Source of the DNA: Batkoa obscura
Taxonomy: Eukaryota
DNA length: 64,000 bases
Assembly (NCBI GenBank): GCA_030770535.1
Contig: JASVEC010000017.1
Coordinates: 868,001 to 932,000 of the forward strand
Direction of reading: 5' to 3'
The position numbers were made by a program, and so were the translations under genes. Below, in pieces: positions 34,397 to 48,610 of this stretch. Numbering within the stretch: the stretch's first letter is position 1; every line of letters starts with the position of its first letter. The notes under the pieces were generated by a model that was given only the letters and a program-made list of their open reading frames with translations, was not told the DNA's origin and made no database searches.

Positions 34397-35493
34397 TCAT
34401 TGCTTATTATTTGTTATTTTTTTATGCTTTGATTCAGGATTTGCAGTAGTATCTATACCATCTTTTGATAATTGACGTTTATATAAAGTAGAAGGAGCTA
34501 CACCAAAGTTTATGTCTGTTTTTATATTGAATTCAAAACATAAAACTTTAATCAAAGCGTGATGATGAACTAATAATAAACTTATTAATACTTAATAATA
34601 ATAATGAAATGAATAATTTAAACCTACTAGCATGATGAGTACAAAACCATAATTCTCTAATTAAACTTGATTTTGAGATTATAAATTTAGATTTACAAGG
34701 TTCAACTATGCTTTTAACTTTGATATCTAGTTCCAATTCCAAATTCATATGTTCGATTTTAGTAATTAATTCCTTCATAGCTTCCATTATTTTATTAGGT
34801 TCCGATTCCAAACTTTTCTATTTAAAATAAAATATTAAATCTTGACTTCTTCTTATACTACATATTATTATAAAAACAAATAAACAATAGTTTGTAATCA
34901 ACACAACTTACCTCCCTAACTCTTAAATCATAATCCACAATTATTTCTTTTTCTTCTATCCCCTTAAATAGACAATGGAAATGATCTAATACATGACGAA
35001 AATGTTTACCAATAGTACTTTTGGGTACTAAATTTGATTTCTTTATAAATAGAATAGGATCTGAGATAGAAGATACTAATTTAATACCTTCGTCAAGTTG
35101 TTGAATGATAGCTTGTTTCAAATATAAAGTAGAAGAGGTAAGAAACTGACTATCTAAAACTTCATTTTCATCTTTTATATTGACTATAGTTTGACTTTTA
35201 CTTTTTTCCTGTTTAACGTTAATAAGTGATTCGTTATCATTGCTCTCTTGTTTACCATTTATCAATATAATGTCATTATTTCTCTTTTCATTCCAACTTT
35301 CCTTAATGTCACCTTCCCCCTTATTCGTTATTGTTGGCTTATTATCTTGATTATAGGTAACATTTTTTTCATTATTTAACTCCTTTTTATTATTATTTAA
35401 AATCATGATTATTTTCTTTTTAAATTTCAAGTTTGACACATTTCTAAGAATTGAATTACTTTGCTTTTTATAGCCATTACTTTCTACCCTCAT
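34397..35493 (-). CDS. DinB/YfiT-like superfamily protein, 3 exons
   Basis: STIGKHFRHVLDHF, VDYDLRVRE, spliced SSLIRELWFCTHHAIHHHALIK and FGVAPSTL; stop at 34397-34399. Start uncertain. Confidence 0.8.
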
Positions 35494-35972
35494 TAATGAT
35501 TAGATCATATGCCAAAACCTTAAATTATTGAACTGAATGTTAATTCTCACATCAATAATAAAATGATATCAAAAATACAATGACTGTAACTGTATTGTGA
35601 CCTAGTTTGCAATAACCTTTATAGTCAGTTAATTGTTTATTTAATTTTCTAATGTTTAATCTTTAGATTAAAGTATGATTTTTGTAAAAATTAATTCTCA
35701 AATGAACAGTTTATCAGCTCATAGTATAATCGCAGTAACTGTAAATAAAAATTACTCAAAAATAAAGTCAAAATTAATCATGAGTTAATATTTTTATTAA
35801 AAATAAATTTTTTTGAAATCAATTTTAAATACAATTCATCAATCAACTAATTTTTTATTATTATTCTCTTTTTAACTTCCATCTTAAACTCCCATCTCTT
35901 CAATTTTCCCATTCCATAAAATTTCATATCTTTAATTTGATTTGAATTTTCTTGATTTTTATCCTCAATTCT

Positions 35973-38900
35973 TTACGTTTGTTCATTGCTTTTATTTCTC
36001 AATCTTAGTGCAAACAATTGTTGAAACTCACCGATTGGATTATTAACACAATGAATAGCCCCTGGTAATATAGATAAGGACCTTGAATTACATGTTGGTA
36101 TAACTTGACAAAATTTGCATTTATCTACATCCCAAATTTCAATAAAATCTGGATTAAAGCCTAATATATAAGGATATTCAAATGCAAAAGAAGTTGGTTC
36201 TCCTTCCCATAATATAATGAATTCTAATCTAGTACGACGACCATCTTTATCCACATAAAAAGCAAATTCATCATAACATAATAAAAAATCTTTAGTTGAT
36301 ACTTTATAAATAGCAATAGGTTTAACTACTTCTCTTTTTAGTACAAAATTTAAGGAAGCATCCGTTTCATCTAATAAACCTTGTGTATTTAATGTTTCTA
36401 AATCAACAATTTCAAATCCTTTTGCACAACCAACACATATTTTTGTTTTCAAAAAATGTAATGAAGTATATCCAGATGGTATATAAAATTTTTTAAATAA
36501 TCTCATACCATCTTTACCAGCTCTCATTAAAAATTTACCAAAGGCTGCTTTTTTATTAGTAGTTAATAATACAGGTTCTAATGCTTTAACTACTGAACTT
36601 AAAGGTGTTGCTTTAACTACACAAACTAGTACTCTACCTAAACATACACCTACTTTAAAAAAAGTAACATGAGAGCTTATTTTTCTTCCAATTTTAATTG
36701 ATGTTGAATCATTATTTAAAGTATCCATAGCAAATGTATATAATGATTTATCTGATAATAAAATTAGCATGTTATATTCTTCTAATATTTCAATTTGATA
36801 AACTTTTTCTAAATCAATAATTTTTTGAAAATTACTTATACCACTACAATTACCTAAATAAACTCCTTCTTCTGTACCAATTAATATTCTTTGATTATCA
36901 TTAAATAAAGCTGTTGATAATATAGGATTATTAAATTTAAAATGAATTGTTGATATTGTAAATACTTGATAAACATTTGTTAAAGATGTTACTATTCCTC
37001 TTTGTTTTTCTATCTTATCTTTCCATTGTTTACGTTCAGCTAATGTATTAGCATATAATGTAATTGTTTGTCCATCTCTACCTAAATGGGTAATATTTAA
37101 TGGATATCCTGATTTAACTATTGAATCTTGTGGATTATTAGTTCCCATATATAAAAAAGAATTAGCTCTTCTAGAAACAAATGTATTGGAGGATCTCTTT
37201 GATATTGCATCAACTAAAGAGGATTCTTCAGGTATATTAACTTTTATTAATTCTAATGGAATGGGCTAATACAAAAATAAATAAATTTATTAGTTATTAT
37301 TTATTATTTATTATTCAAACTTACTTTTTTATGAATTTTATAAATATAATCATTATGTTCTTTTGAACTTTTTCTTTTTGTTAATAATAATAAATGATCA
37401 AATAAAAATAATGAAATATCCACTTGATCTACACCTGTTTTCTTTTTCAATGTACCATCTCTTATTAATAATCGATTATCATGCATTAAATTTAACATCT
37501 TCAATAAAAATAGAAATTAAATAAAAATTAATTAATATTATTATATTATGTGAATTTCATTTTTACCTTCAATTCATTACCATTGCCCAATAATAATTTC
37601 GATAATCTAGTTAATTTTAATTTATTATCTGCTTTACCCGTTTCAATATTAATTCGATTTAAAAATCCTTTAATTATTTTGATCACTTTTTGCATATTTT
37701 CAATATCTGGATTATCAGATTCCGTATGTTTAATAATAGCTTCTAATAATAAAGAATATTTAGCTAATCGTGTTGTTGGTCTTCCCATAAAACTTTGTAT
37801 TGGTAATTTTCTTAATTGAGGTAATTGTTCTTTTTCCTAAATTACATTATTAATTTAGATTCATATATGATTGGATTCTCATTAATTTTACCTCCAAGAA
37901 CCTCGCTAAATTTTGATTCTGAGTAGTTTCTAATTCCAAGGCCTGTTTAGCAAATAATTGATGAGCCCCATAGGCTACAAATGGTTCAAAATTTTTTACA
38001 TGATCTAAAAAGATATCTCCAATTTGATCTACAACATATTGTTCTTCTTGTCTTTTTATTAAATCTTTCATTAAATGATGATTGATTGAATGAATTTCGC
38101 TAATATTAAAAAACACTTGTTCAATAAATTCATCTCTTTTTTCAACTGAAATAATGTTTTCATATAATAAAGGTTTAATAAAAAACTAATAAAAATTATT
38201 TAATTAATTCGATTATTTTATAAATATTTAGTTTCAGTTTTAAATATTTACCTCTTGTAGTATTTCAATATCTTCTACAAAGTCTTTTTCTGTATAAATA
38301 AATTCATAAATCGCTTCTTGTCGTTTCTTTTCTTTTACTGAAGTTGTATCTAATACACTTTTAGGTACTGTTCTTGCCCAAACTCTCTATTTAATTAAAA
38401 ATTAAATTTAAAAACACTTACTTATCACCAAAAAAAACTTACCATAGGTTCTGGTAAAGTAGAAGGTCCCAATGGATTAACTGGGGTACCAAACCGAAAA
38501 TTAATTAAACCCTAATAAAAACTTGTTTAACAAACAAATCTATAATACATTATTAACTTTCACTTACATTTTTAACTTTCCTTGGACACATAGGCGAATA
38601 ACAAAGTTTATTTTTTGAGCAAGTCGGTGAATAACAAGGTGCTAAATTGGTAAATATTCCGGATATAGTTGAATAAATGGTTTCAAAATCTTTAATTAAA
38701 TTAGAATCAAAGGGTTCCGAGGATAAATAATCTCTAAATGTATAGATTTCAGATACGCTATCTTTTAATGAACTTTCGAAAGTAACATCATGAAATAATT
38801 TGTGGAATTCAAAACATTGACCACAAGATAAACATAATTTTCGATCTTCTGTTTGTAGAATTTGACTTAAGGTATCCTATAAAAAGTAACAATTTCAAAT

Positions 38901-39888
38901 CAAATTATTATATACCTAAACTAAAATTAAAATTTACCACTATATCTTTTCCAGTAAAAGAACTTGGATATTCTAACGAATTTTTAGTATGTAAAGCTCT
39001 CGGAATGCTACAAAGAAATCTTTCTAACACCTCCGAAACAAATTGAACATTAATTATTTTATCTTCTTTTCCTTCTTGATTTTTAGTAATACCTGACAAC
39101 AAACTTTCAAAATATAAATTTTTATTTTGTCCATTTCTTGAACTATTAGTAATATCCGAATTAGCTCTAGAACGTAGGGTCTGCCCCGGTCCCAATTTTT
39201 TCATTGTTTGTTTATTTGGTACTTTTGGTAATGGTTTAGCTTGAGATAAACTAGGATTACTATTTAAGGATTCAGTTGATGTTCTTGCTAATACTGCTTT
39301 CATTCCCAATGGACTTGGTGGACCTTTATAAGGAACCGTTGGTAAGGGCCGAAATTTCGTAGGTGATAAATTAGACTCTGAATTAACTGGACTTATTCTA
39401 TTTGGACTTTCAATTAACATAATTTTACCATTAGTAGGTGACTGATAAGGTTCTTTTGTTTCCTTTATTGTTGTAGTAATAATCGTAGGAGGTCTAACAA
39501 TTTCTTTTGATTGTTTTAAATTTTTGAAAAAAGGACTATTAATCAAATTGGACGCTTTTGAATTTAAATTATGTTTTATACTTTCGCCACTACTTCCATT
39601 ATATCCTTTAATAGGTTCCGAATTAATGGTTGATAAAGGTGTACTTTTTAATAAACTATTGCTAAAACTTGGTGAAATAGATGGTGGCGATATAATATTT
39701 CCAACTTCATAAGCTCTGGAATTTAATGATGAAGAACGCGTTGCTATTGCTAATGGTCGATGATAACTCGTTTCACTACTTATACTATCTTCATAACTGG
39801 TTTTATATTCACTTGAACTTGAGTTGGATAAATAGGATGAGGAGTTAGATGAACTCACTTTTAAATGTGAATTACTACTTCGATGCAT
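35973..39888 (-). CDS. ROM2: Rho1 guanine-nucleotide exchange factor, Rom1/Rom2/Rgf1-like (DEP-DH-PH-CNH), multi-exon
   Basis: SFTGKDIV (DEP), CYSPTC, KRQEAIYEFIYTEKDFV and RPTTRLAKYSLLL (DH), LFLFDHLLL (PH), CNH with GFEIVDLETL and FLLCYDEFAFYV. An extra 5' exon is possible. Confidence 0.92.
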
Positions 39889-41588
39889 GGAGGTTGTTGA
39901 TAATTTTATAAATTGATCATAAGCTTAGGAAAAAATATCGGATATCAATCAAGTTTAAATTGGAACTTTGGAAATATACAATTGTACACACAATGATCTT
40001 AAACCTAGATAAAATGAATTTATTCGTATAAGTTGCTATTGTTCAACTGGTTAATTTTGTATATACAAGTTGAATAAAATAAATAAAATGGTATAAAAAA
40101 AAATCAATTTATTTCTCAATCAAAAATGCTAAGGAAAATAAAGGTAATACTAGCTTACAACTGGAATTTCATTGGTTTAAGCAACTAATTTTAGTGATAA
40201 GTTAGTAGGCCATGTTCCTGTGCTTAAGTGAATTTAAGTCTTTTTTCTAAATGAGTTCAATCAATTTGGTAACGATTAGGTCATAATTCCTTTAATTTAT
40301 TAATATAATATAAAATTTCATAATTTAGGGAGATATTTTTAAAGATATGAGATCATTCTTTTTCTTATGGTTTCCATTTTTAACGCATACAATGTATTAA
40401 AAAGTTTATATAAACTCGGTATGACTATGTGAATTATTGTTAGTTTAATATTATATTAGCTTTATAGTTCAAACCATAGCAAGAAAATAGCTTATTAAGT
40501 CTAAATGCAAAATCGTAGATAACTGAGATTAGCTGAATATGAAAGTTATCATTTGATCGAGTTTTTAATTTGGAATACTTCTTGTTAAAAATTCCACACC
40601 AAAAAAAGGATCAATTTATCTAAAAAAGCCACAGTTCCAATTCCTACACATAAACAACTATGGATATTGTTTTGATGTCAAAATAAGCTTAAATGAATAA
40701 TATCATTTAATGCTTGGCAATGTTGCAATAAGTTGGATAGGTTTTATTGATAGTGGAGATATCACAGGTTATAATAGTTGAAACCTTTACTATGTACTTA
40801 ATGACGGCAAATGTAATTCTTTTTGGATTTTTTGAAAACTCACGTTTTTACTATTGTTTTTACCATTAAATGGCTTTAGTCTTTTTGATAAGCAAAAAGC
40901 GGTAGAAATTCAATATTGCAACACTAAAGAATTTTTATTTCAAAATAAGTCTTAATTTTAGATGAAAATAAGTTACTGTTGCAACCAAAACTTGGTCATT
41001 TTTTAATCAAAATATTAAAGTTATTAATAGGAAAACTTACACTTTTTATGTTATTTTAACTATTAATAGACTTGTGATATATATTACGCCATTAAGTGTT
41101 ACTTTTAATAAAAAGTTTAAAGTATCAATATTTAAGTAATTTAAGCCAAGACAAATAAATTATTGTTGAATTTATTTTAAATTTATTTTAAATTTATTTT
41201 CAAAAATAAATAAGGAATAGAAATTGTTTAACAATAGCTTTCTTTAATTGGTCCTTTGATAATCATGTGAACTTTAGACACCTTAGGCCACGTGCTAAAT
41301 TTAATGTCTGGGCAATTGTGTGGTAATAAGTTATAATTATTAGTGAAATGAATGATAAAATTAGCGAATTACTGCCCAATATTTCAAGAAGAGAAGAATC
41401 AAATTAAATTTTGAACTCCCCACTTCTGGATCTAATTAAGATTTCAAACGAATTCAACAGACCGTTTAGCCATGATTATAAATATCAGCTTTTTATCTTT
41501 TATTTTTTTATTTTGTTTTTTTTATAAAATAGATAGAACCTAATATTATTTTTCAAAAAAAAAGTTTATTGCAAAGTTTGTTATTTCA

Positions 41589-43004
41589 ATGTTAAAAATA
41601 CCAGTAATTAGTCGCTTGGATATCTATGATTATTTTTCATTATTATTTACCTTCTCCTTTTTTTTATTTGAAAAAGTATTGAGATTCGTCTTATTTTTTG
41701 CACCTTTTAATATCTTTAAAAAGAGGTAGATCATTTATTTTTTTATATTTAATGAATATAGTAACTTTTGCTTTAGTTCTAGAAATGATAAAGATGCTAA
41801 AATTGATACTTTAAACACTACAAAAGATATAGTTACCAGTTGGGGTTACCCATTTCAAGAATTTTTAGTTACTACAGAAGACGGTTATCTTTTATCAGTT
41901 CATCGTATACCAGAAGCATCACCAAAAACACCCACTAGAGAATTTCCAACACCTGAGATCGGTCAAATACAATTTAACATTAAAAAAAGTAAAGTGAATA
42001 AACCGGTAGTATTATTATGGCACGGGTTTTTAATGAGTTCGGAAGTATTTGTATGTAAGCCCAATTTATTAGATAATTTAGCTTTTTGGTTAGTTGAGCA
42101 AGGATATGATGTATGGCTTGGAAATACAAGAGGTAATAAATATTCGCAGAAACATACCACCCTTAGTCCATTGACTCAAGAATTTTGGGATTTTTCTATG
42201 GACGAGTTTGCAAGATATGATTTACCTTCAACTGTAGATATGATATTAAAAATAACAGGGGCAAACGCTTTAACTTATATTGGTTTTTCTCAAGGAACAG
42301 CTCAAGCTTTTGCTTCTTTATCAATTCATAATGATTTAAATGCTAAAATTAATTTGTTTGTTTGTTTGGCTCCGGCTACTTCACCAACTGGTTTGGTTAA
42401 TAATACAGTCGACGCTATTGTAAGAGCTACACCTAATATTATATATCTTATGTTTGGAAGAAAGAGTGCTTTAAGTGCCTGTTTATTTTGGCAAGGATTG
42501 TTACCAAGAGCTCTTTTTGTTAAAGCAATTGATGCTTCAATGAAATTTTTATTTGGTTGGAAGAGTCATAATATGTCCGATTTAACTAAGCATTATTGTT
42601 ATCAACATTTATATTCTATGACTTCAGTTAAATGTTTAGTACATTGGTTTCAAATCATTCGTGCTAATCGATTTCAATTATATGATGATTTACCTTTACC
42701 TGTTATGGAATCCGAATCCTCTCGTAGTCATGTTGTTCCTGGTTATCCTACTTCTCAAATTCAAACTCCATTGGCTGTTTTTTATGGAGAAGCGGATACG
42801 CTTTCAGATATGTCTCAACTTTTATCTCAGTTACCAGCTCCTATCTTTTGTAAAGGTATTAAAGGTTTTGAACACCTTGACTTTTTATGGGCTGATGATA
42901 TGCCTAATCACTGCTTTGAAGAAATGGCAGAGTTACTACTTAGATATAATATAGTTGAATTTGAAGGGGTTTCAAATGGTAAAAAATTGATAACTTCAAA
43001 ATAA
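41589..43004 (+). CDS. TGL1: Acid lipase / sterol esterase (alpha/beta hydrolase), 2 exons
   Basis: ATG at 41589 with an N-terminal TM segment; TEDGYLLSVHRI, WHGFL, YDVWLGNTRGNKYS, GFSQG nucleophile, FEHLDFLW. Confidence 0.9.
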
Positions 43005-43131
43005 ATGTGTTTGACTATAAAATGTAAATATTTTTAAGATAAATAAATTTTACTATTAAACGAATTAATTGAAATAATTATAAACAATTATTATTTTATT
43101 ATACATAAATATATTAACTGGTATAATAATT

Positions 43132-46100
43132 TTAAGCCATTCGACTATAACCTCCATGTGCTAAAGTAGGGTGCATTTGTAATCCAGATATTTCTGGGAA
43201 ATATGGATTTGGTTTTGCTCTACCTAAAATATAAAATCTCACTGCAGAATAAGCAAGGATGAATAGACCACCACCAATAGGGACTAACCAAAAAATGGGT
43301 GATAGTCCAGATGATGTTTGGAACACTGTGTTGACTCCAGGAACATAAACAATGATAAAACCAAGTAAAAATCCAACAAATAAACCTATAAAATTATATT
43401 TGTTACGGAACATATGACGACCAAAAGGTGGTGCAAGTCGTGATTTACTAGCAAATAAATTGAACGCTTGTAGAATCATTACAGATAAGTAATAGATGGA
43501 TTGAGCTTGAGATAAAATTTCAATTTGTTTAACATCGTCATAAGTATCACCAGAGGAGGTGGTATGAACATCTGAACCGGATTTAAAAAAACCCTTGTTT
43601 TGCATAAGATGAGAGTCATGAATTGTGATACCATATGAATGTAAAACTAAAAAGAAAGCTAAATGAGCAATACCAGTTTCAATCATACCTACCTCAAAGT
43701 AAGCCCATGAAAGGATATTAAAATCTACTAAAAGCTCTTGTTTGTTTGGTGAAAAGCAAGCTTTCCAGTATCCTGGCGAAAAAAAGTTAGATAAACTGTG
43801 CTTTACTTTTGCAAAGGCAGAGGGTGGAATCTCATGACCAGATGAATAATCATAATGTGGTATTAAATCATATTGTTTTATTCTTCTGAACCTCTCGACA
43901 GATAAAGAATCAACTGGCTTACGCGGTGGCAATCGCATAAGTCCAGTAGCTGTTTCTGGTGGATCAAAAGCATAAGAAAGTGCTGTGAAAAGTTCAAAAC
44001 CTAAATCAATTACAATAATTTGAATTGAAGTTAATGGTAAAGGTATTGGTACCATAACAAATAATAATTGTGGTAAAATTTCTGGAATAGAATGGGTAAT
44101 TGTATATTGAACGCTCTTTTTAAGGTTCATAAAAATCAATCGTCCTTCTTCAATACCTCGAATAGTAGAAGCAAAATTATCATCCAAAAGAATCATGGAA
44201 GCTGCATCTTTTGATACATCCGATCCAGACTCATTCATTGCGATTCCCAGATCAGCCTTTTTCAATGCAGGAGAATCATTCACCCCATCTCCCGTAACAC
44301 CAACTATATGACCCATAGATTGAGCTCTTTTAACAATTTCCAACTTATGCTTTGGTGAAGTTCTAGCAAAAACAATTTCTTGTTTTGATAAAATAAAATC
44401 CCACATTTCATCATCTAAATTATCAATTTCTTCACCATGGATAACAATTGCGTCATATTCGTCTGGCTCTACTTCTTCAACAGGTCGCATTGTCCTTTCT
44501 GCTACCATCCTTTTAGTATCTGAAACCATTAAATTAATTTTTCTTGCAATTGCTTCTGCAGTAAGTGGATGATCACCAGTAACCATCATAACTTTAATAC
44601 CCGCTAAACGACATTTTCCTATAGCCTCACGTACTCCATGTTTAGGTGGATCTTCTAAGGAAGCTAAACCAACAAATACTAAATCAGATTGTGGAAAGTT
44701 TTTCGTACTAGCATCAAAATTGTAATCAACTGGATATTGATTGCTTGGTAGTTTAAGTTGGGCAAAAGCAATCACACGATGTCCTTTACTAGCCATTTTT
44801 TCATACATATTTTTAAACTGTTGATGATGATCTTGAGTCAATGGCACTTCTTGACGATTTAAAAGGATGTGAGAGCATATTTTTAATACTCTTTCCGGTG
44901 CGCCTTTTATAAATAATATTAAATCACCGTTCCCATGTTGAACTCTATGGATTGACATTGCCCATTTGTTTTCAGAATTAAACGGAATTGAAAATACTTT
45001 TGGAAATTTGCTTGGAAGGTTATCGAACTCCTGATGATGTTGATAAGCAAAGCGTGCTAATCCTAATTCAGTAGCATCTCCTACAGCTTTACGTTGTGAA
45101 AATGGTACTAAGTTACTATCAAATTTGACTTGTGAATTTAAAGCTGAGTTCATAATGATATTTTCAACACCTAAATATTGATTATTTAAATCAACATCAG
45201 CTGAGCTTAAAGGTAATAGATTTTCATGAAATTCAAGGTTAGTCCATAATGTTGTTACAGTCATCTGATTTTTTGTTAATGTTCCAGTTTTATCCGTTGC
45301 TAATAAAGTGATAGAACCTAATGTTTCCACTCCCTTCAAATCTTTAACCAACACTTTTTGGTTAGCCATTCTTCCAGCAGCAATAGTAAGCAACATAGTC
45401 ACTGTGATTGGTAAGCCTTCTGGGATCCAAGCAACAAAAGTACCAATAGCAAAATTTAAAGAAATATGTATATCACCCGCCTTTATAATACTTACAATTA
45501 AAAATATAATAGCCGTTGAAAATGCAAGTGTACTAATAATCCCAATAAAACGATTGATTTCTAAAGTCAAAGGACTTTCACCTTTATTTTCACTTCCAGT
45601 AAGGTTAGCAATCTGTCCCAAAATAGTTTGATCACCTGTACGTACAACAATACCATAACCTTCACCAGAAACCACTAAGGTACTATTAAAAGCAAGGTTA
45701 GTAGCTTCCAATGGGTTACTAAACTCATTGCTTGGTTTTCTAGGTTGTGGATCCGATTCTCCAGTAAGTGAAGAGTTATCGACTTTGAGATCCATAGTAT
45801 AAAATAATCTTAAATCAGCCGGCACTTTATCTCCCATTTTAATAAAAACAATATCTCCTACTACTAGTTCCGATGCATTGATTTGTTCCAATTTATTTTC
45901 TCTAATAACATGAGAAAGTTGAGGCACCATTTTGAGGAAAGAATCTAACAATGCTGCACTCTTTTGAATTTGTATAAATTCAATTGTGGCATTAATAAAT
46001 GCCACTACTATAAGAATAATACCCAAATACATATCTGCTTTATTAAGCTTTGTATCAAGACTAAAAAGTACAAATGTTAAAACGGCTGAAATGAGCAATA

Positions 46101-46380
46101 AAATGTTAAATAAAGCAAATAAACATTTGAAAAATATAACTGCTGGATGCGTCTTTTTTGGTGGGGTAAGTAAATTAGGTCCATATTCATAGCGTAATTT
46201 ATCTGCTTGATTAAATGTTAACCCTGCAGACGTGGAAGGTTTATTTTCGTCAACAAAAGTATTATATCGTGAACATATTTGCTGAATAGTAAGCTGATGC
46301 TCATCCTACAATATTATTTAGCTGAAAGTATCAAATAAGTGAAACTGTCTTACAATATTTAAAGATTTCGACTCAGACAT
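43132..46380 (-). CDS. P-type ATPase type IIC (Na,K/H,K-ATPase alpha-like), 2 exons
   Basis: VDNSSLTGES, PEGLP, DKTGTLT, KGAPE, DPPK, MVTGDHPLTA, GDGVNDSPALKKAD. Short exon 1 (MSESKSLNI, 46380-46354), intron 46353-46307. Confidence 0.93.
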
Positions 46381-47343
46381 CACTGCACTCTTGTTTTTTT
46401 TATTTGATTACTTTTATTTATTCTATGGCTGATGTATGTAAAAAAACTAAAAAATAAGCTAAAGATAAGAAGTAAATTTACAAAATAAAACTATACCTTT
46501 TAAAAATAAATGCTAGTTACTTATATAAAATCAAATAAAATGGCCAAAAATTATATACACGTTTAATTACAGAAAGTATTTGATCCAATTCTTTGGTTAA
46601 TTAAATTTATATTCAATTAATTGTTTAATAAATTTAAGACCAAACTAATGGTAGCTTTGGGACTTTAAGAACATAAATCGAGTAATTTTAATTAACGGAA
46701 ATTTAACTTTTTTATGAAAGATTTGGTTTATCCTATTGGTCCTTTCTTCATTCATTATCAAAATTGCTATCAAACTAAAAGTTATTTTTAAGTTTCAATA
46801 TTAACATTATTGTTTAGGTGTATTAGCAACAGTTCAACTACTATATGATATAGCTGAGAGATATCAGGTATAATTTGTAAGTTTACTCGTTTTGATAGTT
46901 GTAATTTATTAACGATTTACTAATTCTATAAAAGTCAACTCATAAATTTATAAATGAGCTTAAATCTTGTTTTAAAGATAAGAATTTAATAAATTAAATT
47001 TTACATCTGTATTTTGCAAAGCTTTTTAAACTTTAACATATTTAATTATACTATTACTTTTCCCATAATTTGTTTTATTGTTGATTGCTCTTATTTTTGT
47101 AAATATAGCAACAAATCGATATAATATATCTTTTCATCTATTTATTTTATAATTAAAATCATCAAATTTTCAACCAGGTTTTTTATTTATTTTTAATTTA
47201 TAAAACAAAAAAGACTTTTATAATGGCATATTAAATATCGATGTTATTTTATTTATTTATTTATTTATTTATTCATTCATTTATTTGTTGTATAAAAACT
47301 ACCATGAGGGAATGAATTACTCTAATATTATAAAACTGTTGAT

Positions 47344-47450
47344 ATATGGGGATGTATTTTTTTGTTTAAGAATTTTACTAACAATTTTTCCGCTCGAATA
47401 GCGTTTAAAAGATGGAAAAAGTGATGAAGCCAAAAAAAACACCCCCATAT
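47344..47450. mobile_element. ~98-bp MITE with ATAT flanks
   Basis: ATAT|GGGGATGTATTTTTTTG...CCAAAAAAAACACCCCC|ATAT. Confidence 0.9.
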
Positions 47451-47936
47451 GCATATATTTAATTTCAATGATTGATAGAAGTATACATTTAATTTTGTTC
47501 TAAAATCTCAAGAGTGCGCATGCCTTGGTAGAAATCAAAGAGCAATGACCCATCTTTAGAAAGGAGAGCAAATGAACACATCCAGAAAAGGTAAAAGCCT
47601 GGTTTTTGATCTATTTTACTATCTTATTATCTAGAAACAATAGACAATTAATTATTATATCCTTACTTTGTAAATTTATAATAAATTTTAATTTTACCTC
47701 ATACATATAAAAAATAATTGAACATTTATTTAGTTTAACATAAATTTTCAAGCATTATTGAAAAAAAAAATCAAAACTTTAAGCCATTAAAGTATTTGTT
47801 CCTTTAACGTACCTTTCTATATAGCAATTGTGTTATAAAGGCAATGAATTGATTGAAATGAGGAAATGTTTATATCATTAATATAGCTATTGTTGTATAC
47901 TAAATTGTCACTATTAAATGTCTGAAAATTAACAAA

Positions 47937-48041
47937 ATATGAGGGTGTTTTTTTTTGGCTTTATTATTTTTTCTATTTTTAAGCGCTATTTCAGTGGAAA
48001 AATTGTTAGTAAGATTCTTACAAAAAAACATATCCCCATAT
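47937..48041. mobile_element. ~98-bp MITE with ATAT flanks
   Basis: ATAT|GAGGGTGTTTTTTTTTGG...AAAAAAACATATCCCC|ATAT. Confidence 0.88.
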
Positions 48042-48510
48042 ATACTCCATTACATATTTATCAACACCATTTTTCACATAAAAATAGACTATTAATAGTA
48101 TTTTAAAGCTTTAAATTACTATTAATATTATCGTTTAAAACATTTATATAAGCATATTGAAAAACATGGCTAAAAACATAAAGTTTTCATTTTAAAGATT
48201 ATATCTACAAATTTTGTGTTACAACAAAAATTAGCACAAGATTCTCTTTTATTTATTCATACAGAAGATTTAGTCTATTTAGAAGGATTAAGCTTTATAG
48301 AAGGTAAGGAGTAAGAAGTAAAGTTGATATAAGAACACCTTCATAATGTTTATTTTGAAATTGTAAATTTAGCAATAAGGTAAGGCTGGAAAAACTTATA
48401 TCTTAGGCGCAAATTAGCCTATATGTAAAATAGTAAAATTTTAGGCAAAAAAATAAAATTGAATTTATCCTGGCAATTTTGAAGAGGGGAACTGAATGAA
48501 GTACGAAACC

Positions 48511-48610
48511 ATTTGGGGATGTTTTGGTTTCATCACTTTTTCCCTTTAAGTGCTATTTGAGTAAAAAGATTATCAGTAAAATTCATAAATAAAAAAATAC
48601 ATCCTCATTT
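48511..48610. mobile_element. MITE copy with ATTT direct-repeat flanks
   Basis: ATTT|GGGGATGTTTTGG...AAAAAAATACATCCTC|ATTT. Confidence 0.85.

Noticed and set aside
2..39888. Functional clustering of FKS1 and the Rho1 GEF
   Set aside because: Over 32 kb and many unrelated genes apart; chance is sufficient.
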